Shown piece by piece: positions 1-12,930 of a DNA stretch of 64,000 nucleotides; the stretch's first letter is position 1; every line of letters begins with the position of its first letter. The stretch spans positions 46,252,001 through 46,316,000 of the forward strand of contig NC_043008.1 of the NCBI RefSeq assembly GCF_006345805.1, given 5' to 3'. The translations under genes were made by a program, and so were the position numbers. The notes below the pieces were generated by a model. The model made no database searches and was not told the origin of the DNA. It saw nothing but the letters and a program-made list of their open reading frames with translations. The DNA comes from Octopus sinensis. Its lineage: Eukaryota.

Positions 1-1448
1 ACATTTGAAACTCAGTACCTTCCGGGAAGTTCTGTTGGTTCTTATAAATATCGGACTCTCTCAAAGATGTTCCTAATCTACAATTATTAATACGTTCAGA
101 TTCTAGATAATTAATATATGCGCATAATGCATGCGTTGCACTCTCTTAAAAAAAAAGAAGATATGTTAGAAAATACATTCGTCGTCCAATTGAAAATTTG
201 TTTTGAATTTGTCTGCGATGCTTTTCACCATTTTTCCAGCAGTAATAACTGTAATCAATATAATCATAGTAGAAGATATTTATATTCGTCTAAGTTTTAT
301 CTTTAAATATTCCTTTTAATCGATCAGCAAAAATAATCCGTTAAACCATGGGAGAAAAGCTGAAAACTTTTATGGTTAAGTTTCTTTTACGAAAAGACAT
401 AATGCTTTCGATTAGAAACACAGAAGGGGAACTCTAACAAAAATAAAGAAAACCTAACATTAGTATTCAGAGACATAACAACAGAATGAGCCAAAAGAAC
501 TGCAAACAAAAACAATATATAGATTATAGTTGGGCGCTTCTCGAATGTAATCGCTTTTGTGTTTACGTAATTTATTTTTTAGTTAATTTATAAAATGATG
601 CATATTATAGTGTTTCTGTTAGATTTATTCGTTTTATGTATTTTACAGATTACGGAAAGATGTAGTGTTAGTATATAATGCTTATCAGGTGATTTATTAG
701 TAAACAGATTTAATCACCAAATACTTTGAAAACACTTTTGTGAGAATTTGCCATGAAGCATTTAACAAAAAACCAAACATGTGTGTGTATATATTGAATA
801 GAAAAGGAATTATCTTAAAATTCTTTACAAATATGTGTGTAGTACATGTAAGAAATGTTTGAATAAATATTTTATATTCCGATGCGTTTCCGTTGAGTTG
901 TATCTCCCTACATGATGAAGTAGAATTATATTAATTTTTCTTTTTGCCAGATGTAGCAAAGCTTTAGTTTACAAAAAAAAATGTAATATGTAGGAAAATA
1001 CTTAAAATCAATAACGAAAGGCGGTCAACATACAATCAATTACTTACTGTCGCTGAATGTATACAAGTATTGTGTAAACATTTTCGGTTCAGTACCCAGA
1101 ACGTACAGGCGTACATTCAAGAAGCATAGATAAAAACGTTCATATATTTTCCTTGTATAAAGGCAGTCAAATCATCATTCATTGATTATAAGCCTTCTGT
1201 CGCAGAAACGGATCTAAGAGAGAGTGGGAGGGGGGTCATACTGCAATTCAAACATCCTCAAATGCGTGTTCATTTTGTTTCTTCTTACATCCAGGTGTCA
1301 CATCAAATGTCACATATGTTACCGTTAATTCGCGCCGCAAGTGTTCGATTGGTAGGTTTGACAAGCGACGAATAGAAACATAATTAACGACACAAACAAT
1401 TTGAAATCACTAAGAAATTGTTAAAATCTATGTAAATCCTTTACACCT

Positions 1449-1633
1449 CACACACACACACACACACAAACACACCAGGTACACGCGCGCGCTTAAGTAC
1501 ACAAGTACACACACAGAGAAACACACGAACGCACAGAACTCACACTCTCTACTTCTTTCTACATTTACGCATACGTGTATCTATTTATGTAAGTATGTAT
1601 ATATATATATATATACAATATATAGACGTGTGT

Positions 1634-1716
<83 letters not shown>

Positions 1717-1725
1717 CACACATAT
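1449..1725. repeat. (CA)n/(TA)n microsatellite cluster
   Basis: Dinucleotide runs read directly; source of spurious ORF 1565..1786. Confidence 0.95.
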
Positions 1726-2113
1726 ATAAGCGCATACAAACACAAACGTTTCTACATACAACATATTTATTGACCAGAATCATCATTAACGCTAATTAGA
1801 TTTCATTGCGAGGTAATTTTAATTGATTAAGCATGTTGTTTACTTCACTACATTATGTCGTTTCTTAATTAGATATATACGTCTAATCAAGATGCTATCC
1901 ATGGGATATGTTCACATGCCATTATATTAATTGAAAATATTTCACTTAAAACTTTTATTCTCATTCGATCATTTTAAGAAAATGCTAACATTGATACCTG
2001 TTAAGAAATATCTTCACAGCAGAAAGAACAAGGATCAAGTCTGAAGAGAGGTATTAGCGAGAAATATATTCATACACGCATACATACATATATACGTATG
2101 TATGCGTGTATGA

Positions 2114-2146
<33 letters not shown>

Positions 2147-2272
2147 TGTATGTATGTATGTATGTATGTGTGTGTGTGTGTGTAGTTGAAATTTACAGAA
2201 AAACAAAAGACGAAGACAAGTGTGTAAGCAAGAAACAGATGTATTAGTTTGACGCTCGGGATAGTGAGAACA

Positions 2273-2304
2273 TTTTTTACGTTTCGAGCCTGCACTCTTC
2301 AAAA
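2273..2304 (-). other. Degenerate minimal hammerhead-like motif in a short interspersed repeat
   Basis: Minus strand: tt-TTGAAGA-gtgcaggctc-GAAAC-GTA-aaaaa. C3 is replaced by T and stem II is imperfect. Confidence 0.4.
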
Positions 2305-2512
2305 GGAAGGACCACGGGGGAATAAACAGAGAGAGAATAATACTAGAAACACTTGTCGATCTAGCTTTCAATCATGGCGACTGTATAATCACAAAGGGAG
2401 GAATTTCGATTATTCCCACGTGGTGAGTTGTAATCCAATATATGTGTATACACACACACACACACACACACACACATATGTTTGAAATAAAAGAAGGAAA
2501 ATGCAAACGCTT

Positions 2513-2797
2513 TACATATTTTAATATACTTTTCAATATATTTTGAATTTATTTTGTGTTGTGTTTGTCGACCAGTTTCACTTTCGCTAATCATGACATT
2601 GAAATTATTGTAATTTCGTATTTTCTTCAGAAAACTTTAGCCCATGTCGTATTAGGAAACTTAGCGTGAACTAAAATGTTTTGTAGAAAATGCGAAATTA
2701 CAATCATTTCAATGTCATGATTAGTGAAAGCGAAAAAGGTCGACAAACACAAAAAAATAAATTAAAAATATATTAAAAAGTATATTAAAACTATGTA
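2513..2797. mobile_element. Imperfect foldback / MITE-like element (second copy 3622-3906)
   Basis: Arms 2513-2640 and 2671-2797 are imperfect reverse complements (e.g. ctaatcatgacattgaaat / atttcaatgtcatgattag) with a 30-bp spacer. Confidence 0.6.
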
Positions 2798-2819
2798 TAT
2801 AAAACTATCATATATATAT

Positions 2820-3562
2820 ATATAATATAAATTGGACGTGGGAGGTCGTTGTATTCTTTCTTGTCTTGATGTTTACAGCCAAACGGTTGGGTGGATTCGC
2901 GTGAAAAATGGCAAACCTGTGCAGACGGGTGCAAACATTGAAGTACGGTTTGTATAATTTTTCCTAGCCTCCATACTTACCGAGAAAATCGATTGAAACA
3001 TTTTCTAATGTAATTCTCCTGTTTGTTCTGCCATTAAAACAACCAATTGCTCACACAGCCGGCATATACCATTTCGCCAGCAACAAGGTGTGTACAGGAT
3101 GAGAGTCAGCCAAAACTTTCGCTATGCTGTCTCTCTTCTCTCTCACATACACACGCGCAGGCATACACACATAAACACATACGCAAAAACATACACACAC
3201 ACACTCATCTATTTTATATATCTTCTTTCAATTTCTGCTCTCTGTAAATATATTTTTACGGATACAACTGCTTACAAAAATAGGGATTAACGTATAATTC
3301 CTTTCTAGGTTCATAATTAAATTAATGTTTTAATGATTAGATAGAGGTCCAATAGAATAGCTCTCAAAAACAGACTACGTACAAATTATTTCTTTACATC
3401 TCCTGAAGCTGTTTTCTGACAGGGGTGGGACTCCAATCAAAACAGGGTATCCGAAATGATAAGGATGAGAACCGCTGTTATAGATTATACCTAACCAAAA
3501 ACGAACGATCACAGCTACACCATCCAAATAGACCGGTGAAACCGGGCTTAGCTGCAAGTATA
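2820..3562 (+). mobile_element. Possible non-autonomous Helitron-like element (second copy ~3935-4677)
   Basis: Starts tataatataaattggacg. Ends with hairpin CCGGT-gaa-ACCGG (3533-3545) followed by gcttagctgcaagtat, resembling the Helitron 3' hairpin plus CTAGT-like end. No ORF. Confidence 0.45.
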
Positions 3563-4678
3563 TACACACACACACACACACACCATATGTTTGAAATAAA
3601 AGAAGGAAAATGCAAACGCTTTACATATTTTAATATACTTTTCAATATATTTTGAATTTATTTTGTGTTGTGTTTGTCGACCAGTTTCACTTTCGCTAAT
3701 CATGACATTGAAATTATTGTAATTTCGTATTTTCTTCAGAAAACTTTAGCCCATGTCGTATTAGGAAACTTAGCGTGAACTAAAATGTTTTGTAGAAAAT
3801 GCGAAATTACAATCATTTCAATGTCATGATTAGTGAAAGCGAAAAAGGTCGACAAACACAAAAAAATAAATTAAAAATATATTAAAAAGTATATTAAAAC
3901 TATGTATATAAAACTATCATATATATATATATATATATAATATAAATTGGACGTGGGAGGTCGTTGTATTCTTTCTTGTCTTGATGTTTACAGCCAAACG
4001 GTTGGGTGGATTCGCGTGAAAAATGGCAAACCTGTGCAGACGGGTGCAAACATTGAAGTACGGTTTGTATAATTTTTCCTAGCCTCCATACTTACCGAGA
4101 AAATCGATTGAAACATTTTCTAATGTAATTCTCCTGTTTGTTCTGCCATTAAAACAACCAATTGCTCACACAGCCGGCATATACCATTTCGCCAGCAACA
4201 AGGTGTGTACAGGATGAGAGTCAGCCAAAACTTTCGCTATGCTGTCTCTCTTCTCTCTCACATACACACGCGCAGGCATACACACATAAACACATACGCA
4301 AAAACATACACACACACACTCATCTATTTTATATATCTTCTTTCAATTTCTGCTCTCTGTAAATATATTTTTACGGATACAACTGCTTACAAAAATAGGG
4401 ATTAACGTATAATTCCTTTCTAGGTTCATAATTAAATTAATGTTTTAATGATTAGATAGAGGTCCAATAGAATAGCTCTCAAAAACAGACTACGTACAAA
4501 TTATTTCTTTACATCTCCTGAAGCTGTTTTCTGACAGGGGTGGGACTCCAATCAAAACAGGGTATCCGAAATGATAAGGATGAGAACCGCTGTTATAGAT
4601 TATACCTAACCAAAAACGAACGATCACAGCTACACCATCCAAATAGACCGGTGAAACCGGGCTTAGCTGCAAGTATAT

Positions 4679-4753
<75 letters not shown>

Positions 4754-5799
4754 CGTGTAAATATACACCTCCGAGTTACAACATAGTAAGATTTTGCATC
4801 ACATGAGACATTTTATAGTTTTACAGCTTAAGTATTGAAGTATCACAACCTTTCAAAACAGCGGTGTAGCACAATGATTTTGTGTGGTTGCTTTCTCGGA
4901 TGGGATATGATCGATTATATATGTCAGTTGTGTTTATTGTATGGAAGAAACTATAGAGATAACAGCTAAAGGAATCTCATTCTGACTATCAATTTCTAAT
5001 CTCCCTTCATTTATTGTATATTGAAAATACATACAACAATTATTATGCCATATTGGTTTTAGCTGCAATGTTTTCAATACGATTCGATACAACACCTTTA
5101 GGTGGTTGGTGCGTGAATATATTTACTTGACGTGACCAGTTTAATATAGAAGAATATGTATACATAAATATAAGATTAGTGTACCGTAATTAGAAACTAT
5201 CATAAGAATGGCGACTTTTATTATCATCATATTCAATGCCATCATCATCGCCATTTGCACAATCCAGATTATCAACAATTCACTCCTTCATACCCTCTCA
5301 TCTACATCAAATACACTCTCCTCCTCACAACCGAGTTCAGTATTTTTGTCATATAACACCCACCCACCCCCACACACACACACACACATACATGTATGAA
5401 TGTAAGCATGTGTGTATGTATATATCTATATGTGTGAGTGTGTATGTATACACACACATAGATAGATATAGATAAGAGAGAGGAGAAGCGATGGAGAGGA
5501 AAGGAGGGTGAGAGTTAACAAGAAATGAAATCAGAAACAGGTATGCTGTTGAAGAGGTATGCTGCTGTAAAGAGATGCATGGTTACCTATGCAGAGGTTG
5601 GAGCGAATGAAGGAGGGAGAGAGGGAGAGAGAGAATAGAGAGAGAGAGAGAGAATGACCAAGAATGAGAGCAGAAACTGGTGTGTTGCTGTAAAGGTGAT
5701 ACATAATTTCTCGGCCAGAGGAGAGAGCAAGGGGAAGAGAGAAAGAGGGGGAGAGAGCAAGAGAAAGAGAGAAAGAGGGGGAGAGATTAGGGGTGAGCA

Positions 5800-6140
5800 G
5801 GAGAGGGATGGGGGAAAAGTGCCTGGATATACTCGTAAGGAATGGGGGTCAGGGCAGAGATGGGATGAATGGTGCCAGGTGCTGGCAGGGTATTGCCAAG
5901 AAGTCTCGAGTAGGGAGTTGGCGTGAGGAATGTTGTGAATGGTGACAATCTGGGTATATAAAAGGGGAGGGAATGGGGGAAGCAACGATACAGTGAGACT
6001 GGATTGGGGAGTAGGGGATATCAAGAGGAAATGTGGAGAAATGAAGAGAAAGAGGGATGTAGTTGACTTGTTGGGGTAGGATGTGTGAACATTTTATTGC
6101 TATGTGTGGGTAGAACAGGAATCTTCTAGAACTCAGGTTC
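5800..6140 (-). pseudogene. Possible highly decayed Penelope-like RT-to-GIY-YIG linker
   Basis: Minus-strand peptides ...RQLPTRDFLA and ...RVYPGTFP resemble the PLE motifs RRxxNLRDxLV and PGTFPC. Heavily diverged. Confidence 0.35.
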
Positions 6141-7480
6141 GCTAACGTGGGTGGGTCTTCTCTGGAACATTCACATCGCCAGACATCTCGGTGCATTGTC
6201 ATTTCCTCCATGAGCCCCAACAGCCTGCGTCATCACTTGCAGCAGTTAACTGTAATACTACTACTACAACAGCAATTATTAGGGATGACATCTTCCTAGG
6301 GAACCTGAGTAACTGTGCGAGTGACTTGCTGTATCCCACATTGCCGGAGATTTTCATAATTTCAGCAGTGATACCCGAGGGTCCAGCGGTTTTCCTCGTC
6401 TTCATATCCTTAATTACCTTATCTCTTACATTGCTATCAACTCTGATGACTGGACCTTCGATTGGCTCTATATTTCAAAGACTCTCCTTCCTCCATTCAT
6501 TTTCCATATTTAGTAAGATTCATAGTGGCATCTCCACGCAACCTTCATCTCTGAAACCCTAAGTGCAAGCATACCATTATCCATTCTCACATATTTCTCA
6601 CCCACCACATCTCTATTCTCTGCGACACACGGCTTTACAATCCTGAACACATCACGCCTAGGATCCTCCCGCTATAAAACATTGGCAAATCTATTACATT
6701 CTGCTATTTCTTTTGCTATGTCAACCTGTCGCCTAGCTTCCCTTCTGGCTCCTTCTGCTCTGCTTCCACCTTTTGTCCAGTCTTTCCATTCCTATGTCTT
6801 TGCTTTTATAGCGCCATCCATCTCTTTGTTCCACCACCATGTCACCCTCGACCTTGTTCGGACTTTGTACCATCCACAGATTTGCACTGCAGCCCCTAGT
6901 AGATTGTCCCGCAGGAATTTCCAATCGTCGTCTAAGTTATATGATCCTACCACCTCCTCCTCCCTTTCAGCAGAGGCTTCTACTAGAATACCTCTAAATT
7001 TCTGACGGTTTGAACTTCTATAATCTTCTTTCCCAGTGTAGTTTATTTCTTCGAGCCTTTTTAGATCTGATTCCGAAGTCACTAACTAGTAGCCTATGTT
7101 CTGGTATACACTCTTCACTTGGGAAAGACTTTGCAATTGTGAGCATCTGCTTATCTCGTTGTTTGGTGAAGAGTTAATTGAACTGGCTTATTTGTCCACC
7201 AAACTAATAAGGGATTAGGTGGCTGGCTGGTTTTCTTAAGCCAGTGTTTCGGATCATGAGATCATTTGCATCATAGAACTCCAGTTACCTTTTCCTCTCC
7301 TCGTTCATAGGGCCAAGCCATATCCTCCATGAACCCTATGGAATCTATGAGACTGATGCCCAACATGTCCATTAAAGTCGCGAGCCACAATAATAACCAA
7401 GTCTCTGGCATTTGTCGTCGAGGTAGTCTGCAGGAGGACCTCGTAGAAGTGGTCCTTCTGATCATAAGTCAGCTCACAGA
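6140..7480 (-). mobile_element. RTE-clade LINE remnant with internal deletion of the RT domain
   Basis: APE-endonuclease motif DFNGHVG..HGGYG (~7300-7400), linker VTWWWNKEMDGAIK, MKTRKTAGPSGITAE, then direct jump to the C-terminal LGLMEEMTMHRDVWR. Many stops and frameshifts. Confidence 0.8.
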
Positions 7481-8503
7481 TTTATTCATTTTGTATCGTA
7501 AAGGACTACTTTGAAAACACGTTTTGGGCTCGTGCTGAGAATATGTCGTGGGGATTTAATAAAAAAATTGCCAAGGATATAATGAATGTCGTGATGATAA
7601 TAATAGAAGTAATGTTTACAATGTGAATGAAGAAACGAGAAGAGATGTTAAAAATAATAACGGTAACTATGATGATGACGATGAGGAGGAGGAGGAGGAT
7701 GAAATAATATTGAGGATGACAACATATTCAGTGATACATTCAATGTTATGTGTAAGTGTAGCCATGCGCAACTACAAAAAGAGATTCTAAATTCAATTGA
7801 ATGGACACTGTATGAAAATGTGTAGGAATCAACGTTTGTTTCACTACCATCTCATTACCAAAGGACAATTGGCACATTTTCACTTCCATTTTATTCTCTG
7901 TGTTAATTTGTATTTTATTGTGAAACATGACATTTAAAATCTATTCGTTTTTGTTAAGCTACAGAAATAAAATTTTAATCGCTAATTCACATACCGGGGA
8001 TTCATAACCATAGCAGCCGACACGGAAGACAAGTTCAATGTACTTTGTCTTTCATCTGTTTAAATTCTTTTGTTCCATTTACTAAAAATGTATGTTCTTT
8101 GCTGAAAAAAGCAATAATAAATAATTTTTCATTATAATCTTAAAATGTATATATGTTTACGCAGTATAGACATGAATTTATATATACTCATACATGTGTG
8201 GGTGTGTGTTAAAAATATTTTATTTCCTGTTAGTCATTTAAAAAGGGTGAATATCCTTCCGAAACATAATTTTCACAATCCAAGGCATGAAATTATCTTA
8301 GTAAAATAGAACAAAATTGAAATTGCATTCAAAGTTAGTGGGCTTTGCTTCAATTTGTTTCTTCTATATTTTCCATTAACTCTCCAACAGCAAATTATAT
8401 TTTTTTCTGCATAAAACTGTCGTCCATAATGCAGAGTATAACTCTGCCAAGGGCGTTGAAATATACTTTACAAGCAATTGAGGAAACAAAGAATTCGATG
8501 ATG

Positions 8504-8630
8504 ACGAAGAAGAAGAAGAAGAAGAAGAAAGAAGAAGAAGAAGAAGAAGAAGAAGAAGAAGAAGAAGAAGATAGTGAAGAAGATGGAGAAGAAAAGGAAG
8601 GAGGAGAAGAAGGAGAGACGGAAGAGATAA
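8504..8630. repeat. (GAA)n trinucleotide microsatellite
   Basis: Read directly; explains poly-K/E and poly-S/F ORFs at 8345 and 8395. Confidence 0.95.
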
Positions 8631-9093
8631 AATTATATTCGTAACAATTCATTGTGTTGCGCGAAATCCAAATAATCTTTCATGTGAAGTGGTGGCAATT
8701 ACATTGAGTTTCACTTTGGGTGTATTTATATGGGCGCGAACTTCGGAAGGCTTCGTTTTAGCTATTTCCAGTATATATGTTGTAATGCATCGTCTGAATG
8801 AAAGTGGAAATTTCTGGATTCTTTTCAGCGGAAATTCGAATTAATTTCTACAAATATTTGTTTACCCGTTTCGTATCAGTAAGAGTTATCACGAGATATT
8901 TTGTATTACGTATAAATACAATAGTTGTTACCAATATTTCTAACATATAAATATAATGTTACACCTCAAATGTGTTGGCTGCAAACAGGAATTACATTTG
9001 AATCAAACGCGAAAGTAAACATATAGAAAAATATAGACACACATACATCCATGCATACAAATGCATACGTACAGGCAAAAGCATACTCATTTC

Positions 9094-9160
<67 letters not shown>

Positions 9161-9715
9161 ATATAGCCTTATGCAGTAGAAACGTTATTGTTTCCTTTCT
9201 ATTTGAATTTACCTTACTTAGCATCTTACACAAATACTTCATTATTTTATCCACCATTAACTTGGCTGTCAATCATTTATAATCACTACATAATTAGAGA
9301 TGAGGCTTCCCTATAACATCTCCGCCAAACGGATTCTGAAGTTACTTTAAGTATTTGGGAGATTTAGTATTTTATATTTCAATTATTAATCTTCAACAAA
9401 TCTAATCCCAGATCGAATCTCATTATTCAAAACATAATCTTCTGCAAATAAATTTCTATTGTTCACATTGAAATTTTCAAAACTCTGTTTACCGAAAATC
9501 TACTTAAGCAGCCTGCCGTCTTCTATGACAAATGCGTTATTATATTTAGAGACAATTCTCAGATGCTTTGGATTATGTCAGTAAACCAGGCCGCAGAAGA
9601 CGGCTCTAAATAGTAATAGATAAATAATTATAGGACTACACAATATTTTCCCGTCCTTAACCAGGTGAAATGTATCTTCTACGGTATTTTATTTTTATGC
9701 ATATAAACATATATA

Positions 9716-9937
9716 TTTGACTGCGGCCATGCTGGAGCACCGCCTTTAGACGTACAAATCAACCTCAAACTTAACATTTGTAAGCCTATTATTCTATCGG
9801 TCTCTCTTGCCGAACAGCTATGTTACAGGGACGTAAAGACATTAACATCGGTTGTCAGGCGATGGTGGGGGAAGAAACACAGACACACAAATGCATACAT
9901 ACAAACATACATACATACATACACACATATATATGTG

Positions 9938-9979
<42 letters not shown>

Positions 9980-10125
9980 GCGGCCTTCTTTCAGTTTCCA
10001 TCTATTAAATCCACTCGCAAGACTCGAGGCTATTTAAGAAAACAAATGTCCAAAGTGCCACGCATTGGGACTGAACCCGGGGCCACGTGGATGTGATGCA
10101 AGATAATTACACCCATTCTTGCGCA
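9716..10125 (-). mobile_element. Diverged tRNA-derived SINE (same family as 49466-49865)
   Basis: Reverse complement matches the 49.5-kb SINE, including the 3' ggcggtgctccagcatggccgcagtcaaa tail and internal microsatellite. Confidence 0.85.
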
Positions 10126-10346
10126 TGTATACATACATATATATATATAAATGTATATATGTATGTATATATGTATGTTGTACACATAATGTCTTGTATA
10201 CTTAGAATAATGAACAATCTTATTAAGCGGCCGAATTCCTACGAAACTTTCTTGGTTAATTAACATTATATTCATTTGTAATAGCTCTTGATTTACTGAT
10301 TTTACATACCGCCGACGCAATAATTTTACCTATATGTATGTGTATT

Positions 10347-10416
<70 letters not shown>

Positions 10417-10510
10417 GTCTATACAATAATTCCAAATTTTGGCAAGAAGAAGTCAATTGAATTGACCCCAGTACTCAACTGGTACTTAATTTATCGACTC
10501 CGAATATATG

Positions 10511-10551
<41 letters not shown>

Positions 10552-10761
10552 TATGTGAAATAGAAAGATGAATAATCTTGTAGTAGATTAATCAAAAGTT
10601 TAACCGATACCTTAGTAGCAAAAATCACAGCAGTAAACAGCACGGTTGGAGGTACAACCATATGTGTTGCAACCGTGCGTTGGTGCGGATAATTGAAATT
10701 AAAACATTATTGGTGAATTGAAGAAATGGAGCTGAACGCAGATTGAACAGAAATCGTTTTA

Positions 10762-10850
10762 TTTCATTCTACACGTGTTTCGAAAGGCACAAATTACCAG
10801 AATCCGATTGAATAATGGGACCATATTGTGTCTTTCTCTTCAGGAAGAAA
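10762..10850 (-). ncRNA. Type I hammerhead ribozyme (mirror copy)
   Basis: Reverse complement of the 10994-11082 fold. Confidence 0.8.
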
Positions 10851-10993
10851 ATAGGAAATCCGTTGGAAAAACAAAAACAGAACAGAGGCGGAGCAAAAAC
10901 AAATCGAGTTTCGCCATGGGCTCTTAGGAGCATAGTTCGATTTGTTTTTGCTCCGCCTCTGTTCTGTTTTTGTTTTTCCAACGGATTTCCTAT

Positions 10994-11082
10994 TTTCTTC
11001 CTGAAGAGAAAGACACAATATGGTCCCATTATTCAATCGGATTTTGGTAATTTGTGCCTTTCGAAACACGTGTAGAATGAAA
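10994..11082 (+). ncRNA. Type I hammerhead ribozyme with extended stem II
   Basis: tttcttc-CTGAAGA(11001-07)-gaaagacacaa...ttgtgcctttc-GAAAC(11063-67)-acgt-GTA-gaatgaaa. Predicted cleavage after 11074. Stem III palindrome ACACGTGT. Confidence 0.82.
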
Positions 11083-11153
11083 TAAAACGATTTCTGTTCA
11101 ATCTGCGTTCAGCTCCATTTCTTCAATTCACCAATAATGTATATATATATATG

Positions 11154-11223
<70 letters not shown>

Positions 11224-12559
11224 CATGTCTAAATACTTGTGTATATATGTGTCGTGTCTATATATATTTGCAGGGTTAAATAATTGTGTGTGTATATATA
11301 TACGAGTAGTAATAGCTTTATGTATTTCCGTATATAGAAAGACTACTTGCCGCACCACTATAAAGTGCATTGTTATATGTGATAGAATAGCTTTAACAGT
11401 ACGTATACCGGAAGTAGTCTTTTATTCATCGTAACTTTTAATATTGGTAGTGATTATTTTATTTGAACTCCTGTTAAATTAGGATTTTCTCAACACACGC
11501 ACCACTTATGTTGCTGCTGACGACTTGTCTAATGAATTCTGAGTCCATTCTCTGCACAAGATACTTTTTTCTGCCAATGAAGATTAAATATTGGTGATAC
11601 GGAATGTCTCTGTTCCTTGTAGTATTTATTCTTTCCAGTTTTTCACTTTCTCCCTCCTTATAACTCTCTCCCTCTCATTTTTCGACATTTTACTCCTTTA
11701 TTCTTTTCTCTCTTTCTCTTCAATCCTTTCTGCTATTATTTCATTTACTTTATTTTTTGTCTTTCCCAGCAGAGTCTCTTACTTTCACTTTCTTTGCATG
11801 CCATGCACTCTCCCCCATTCTCTCGACTTCTATCATCACTATTTAATTGCTTTCATTAAAAATAAATGATTACACAGTTTTCATTTGAGAGAATTTTAGA
11901 ATATTTGTAAAAGTTTTTTATTATGTCTATCAAAATTACAAAAGCAATTTCAAGATTCATTCCGTTAAATATAAATGTGTAAATCATACACGTTTGTATA
12001 ATGAAAACCTTGTGTTATATTCTGTGCTTATTTTCACTTTCGGTTTATTGCTAATCATTAAGTTGATTTCGTTTAAATTATTCATTACAATATAACAGTA
12101 CTGGATAGATACTGCACTATTTGTTTTCACATTCAAAATGTTCATTTGAATTTGGGATTTAACATAGGATACAGCATCGTTCATTCAGATGCTATGCGAC
12201 TAAATCGGAACGGATGGTGGAAAAGGTACAAAGCAATTTGGGAGAAGAGCGACTGAATCAGAGACTGAACAGTGCAAGCGACTGAAACAGATGGCTGAAT
12301 ACGCAGAGAGGAGTGGAAATTCTGTTTCTGTGACACATGACAGTCTGGCTAGGGTATATCGGGAACACAATAATCGGCTTCAAAACTATGCACTTAGCCA
12401 GCTTTCACAGTCAGTAAATATTCATGTGGCAACTAATAAACAAATGGACAAGATATGTTGACAAATATGCAAATAGCAGAGTCAAACCGGAACGAAAACG
12501 GAAAGTAAGAGGATGATGGGAAATCAAGCGGACACGAACAGAAGGCAAATACCCGAAAG

Positions 12560-12930
12560 AGACATATTACTAGGGACGAGGTTGCAAGCACCTATCTAGC
12601 TGTTGCGTTATCCTTTCTGGGCGCCCTCTCAGCTTCTTCATCTAACACACTTGGACACCATCCGGTCATGGTCCCTTCCAATTTGGGAATTTTCTTAAAT
12701 GCTTTTTTATCATTTCTGTAGTTATTTTTATATCTTCTTGGCCTTCTATATTTCTTAACGTATCCTAGAGCCACTCCGCTTCATCATTATGCTCTACAGG
12801 TTGGTCCCAGATATCCATCTCTAGACTGCCCTGCTTTCCTCTGCCGCTGGTGTAATTATTACGCGTAATTGTCCATCTAGTTCCTGAAACAGTTTCATCT
12901 GATTTGCTTCAAACAATCTGTTTTGCCTGA
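12560..12930 (-). pseudogene. Decayed R4/Dong-clade LINE fragment
   Basis: Minus strand FQELDG...AEESRA..WDQPVEHNDEAEWL resembles the region upstream of the RT in R4/Dong elements. Confidence 0.5.

Larger units (their letters stand above)
2447..4700. repeat. Head-to-tail tandem duplication of a ~1.11-kb unit (~2447-3559 and ~3560-4674)
   Basis: Identical ORFs offset by 1115 bp (3047/4162, 3090/4205, 3425/4540). I saw differences only in microsatellite length. Junctions lie in TATA(CA)n runs. Confidence 0.95.
10551..11140. mobile_element. Penelope-like non-coding inverted-repeat element: 204-bp arms (10704-10907 / 10937-11140), 29-bp spacer
   Basis: Arms are reverse complements with one mismatch seen (mirror ORFs differ only at QSDSG/QSDFG). 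Flanked by TA arrays. Each arm carries a hammerhead fold. PLE assignment is inference. Confidence 0.8.

Noticed and set aside
2555-2640. Minus-strand CTGAAGA...GAAAC-tg-GTC in the foldback arm
   Set aside because: Stems I and II cannot be formed.
9515-9604. 10-bp inverted repeat gccgtcttct/agaagacggc (pre-miRNA-like?)
   Set aside because: Interior pairs poorly; insufficient support.
10769-11075. Two near-identical 86-aa ORFs on opposite strands
   Set aside because: By-product of the 204-bp palindrome; no protein motif.
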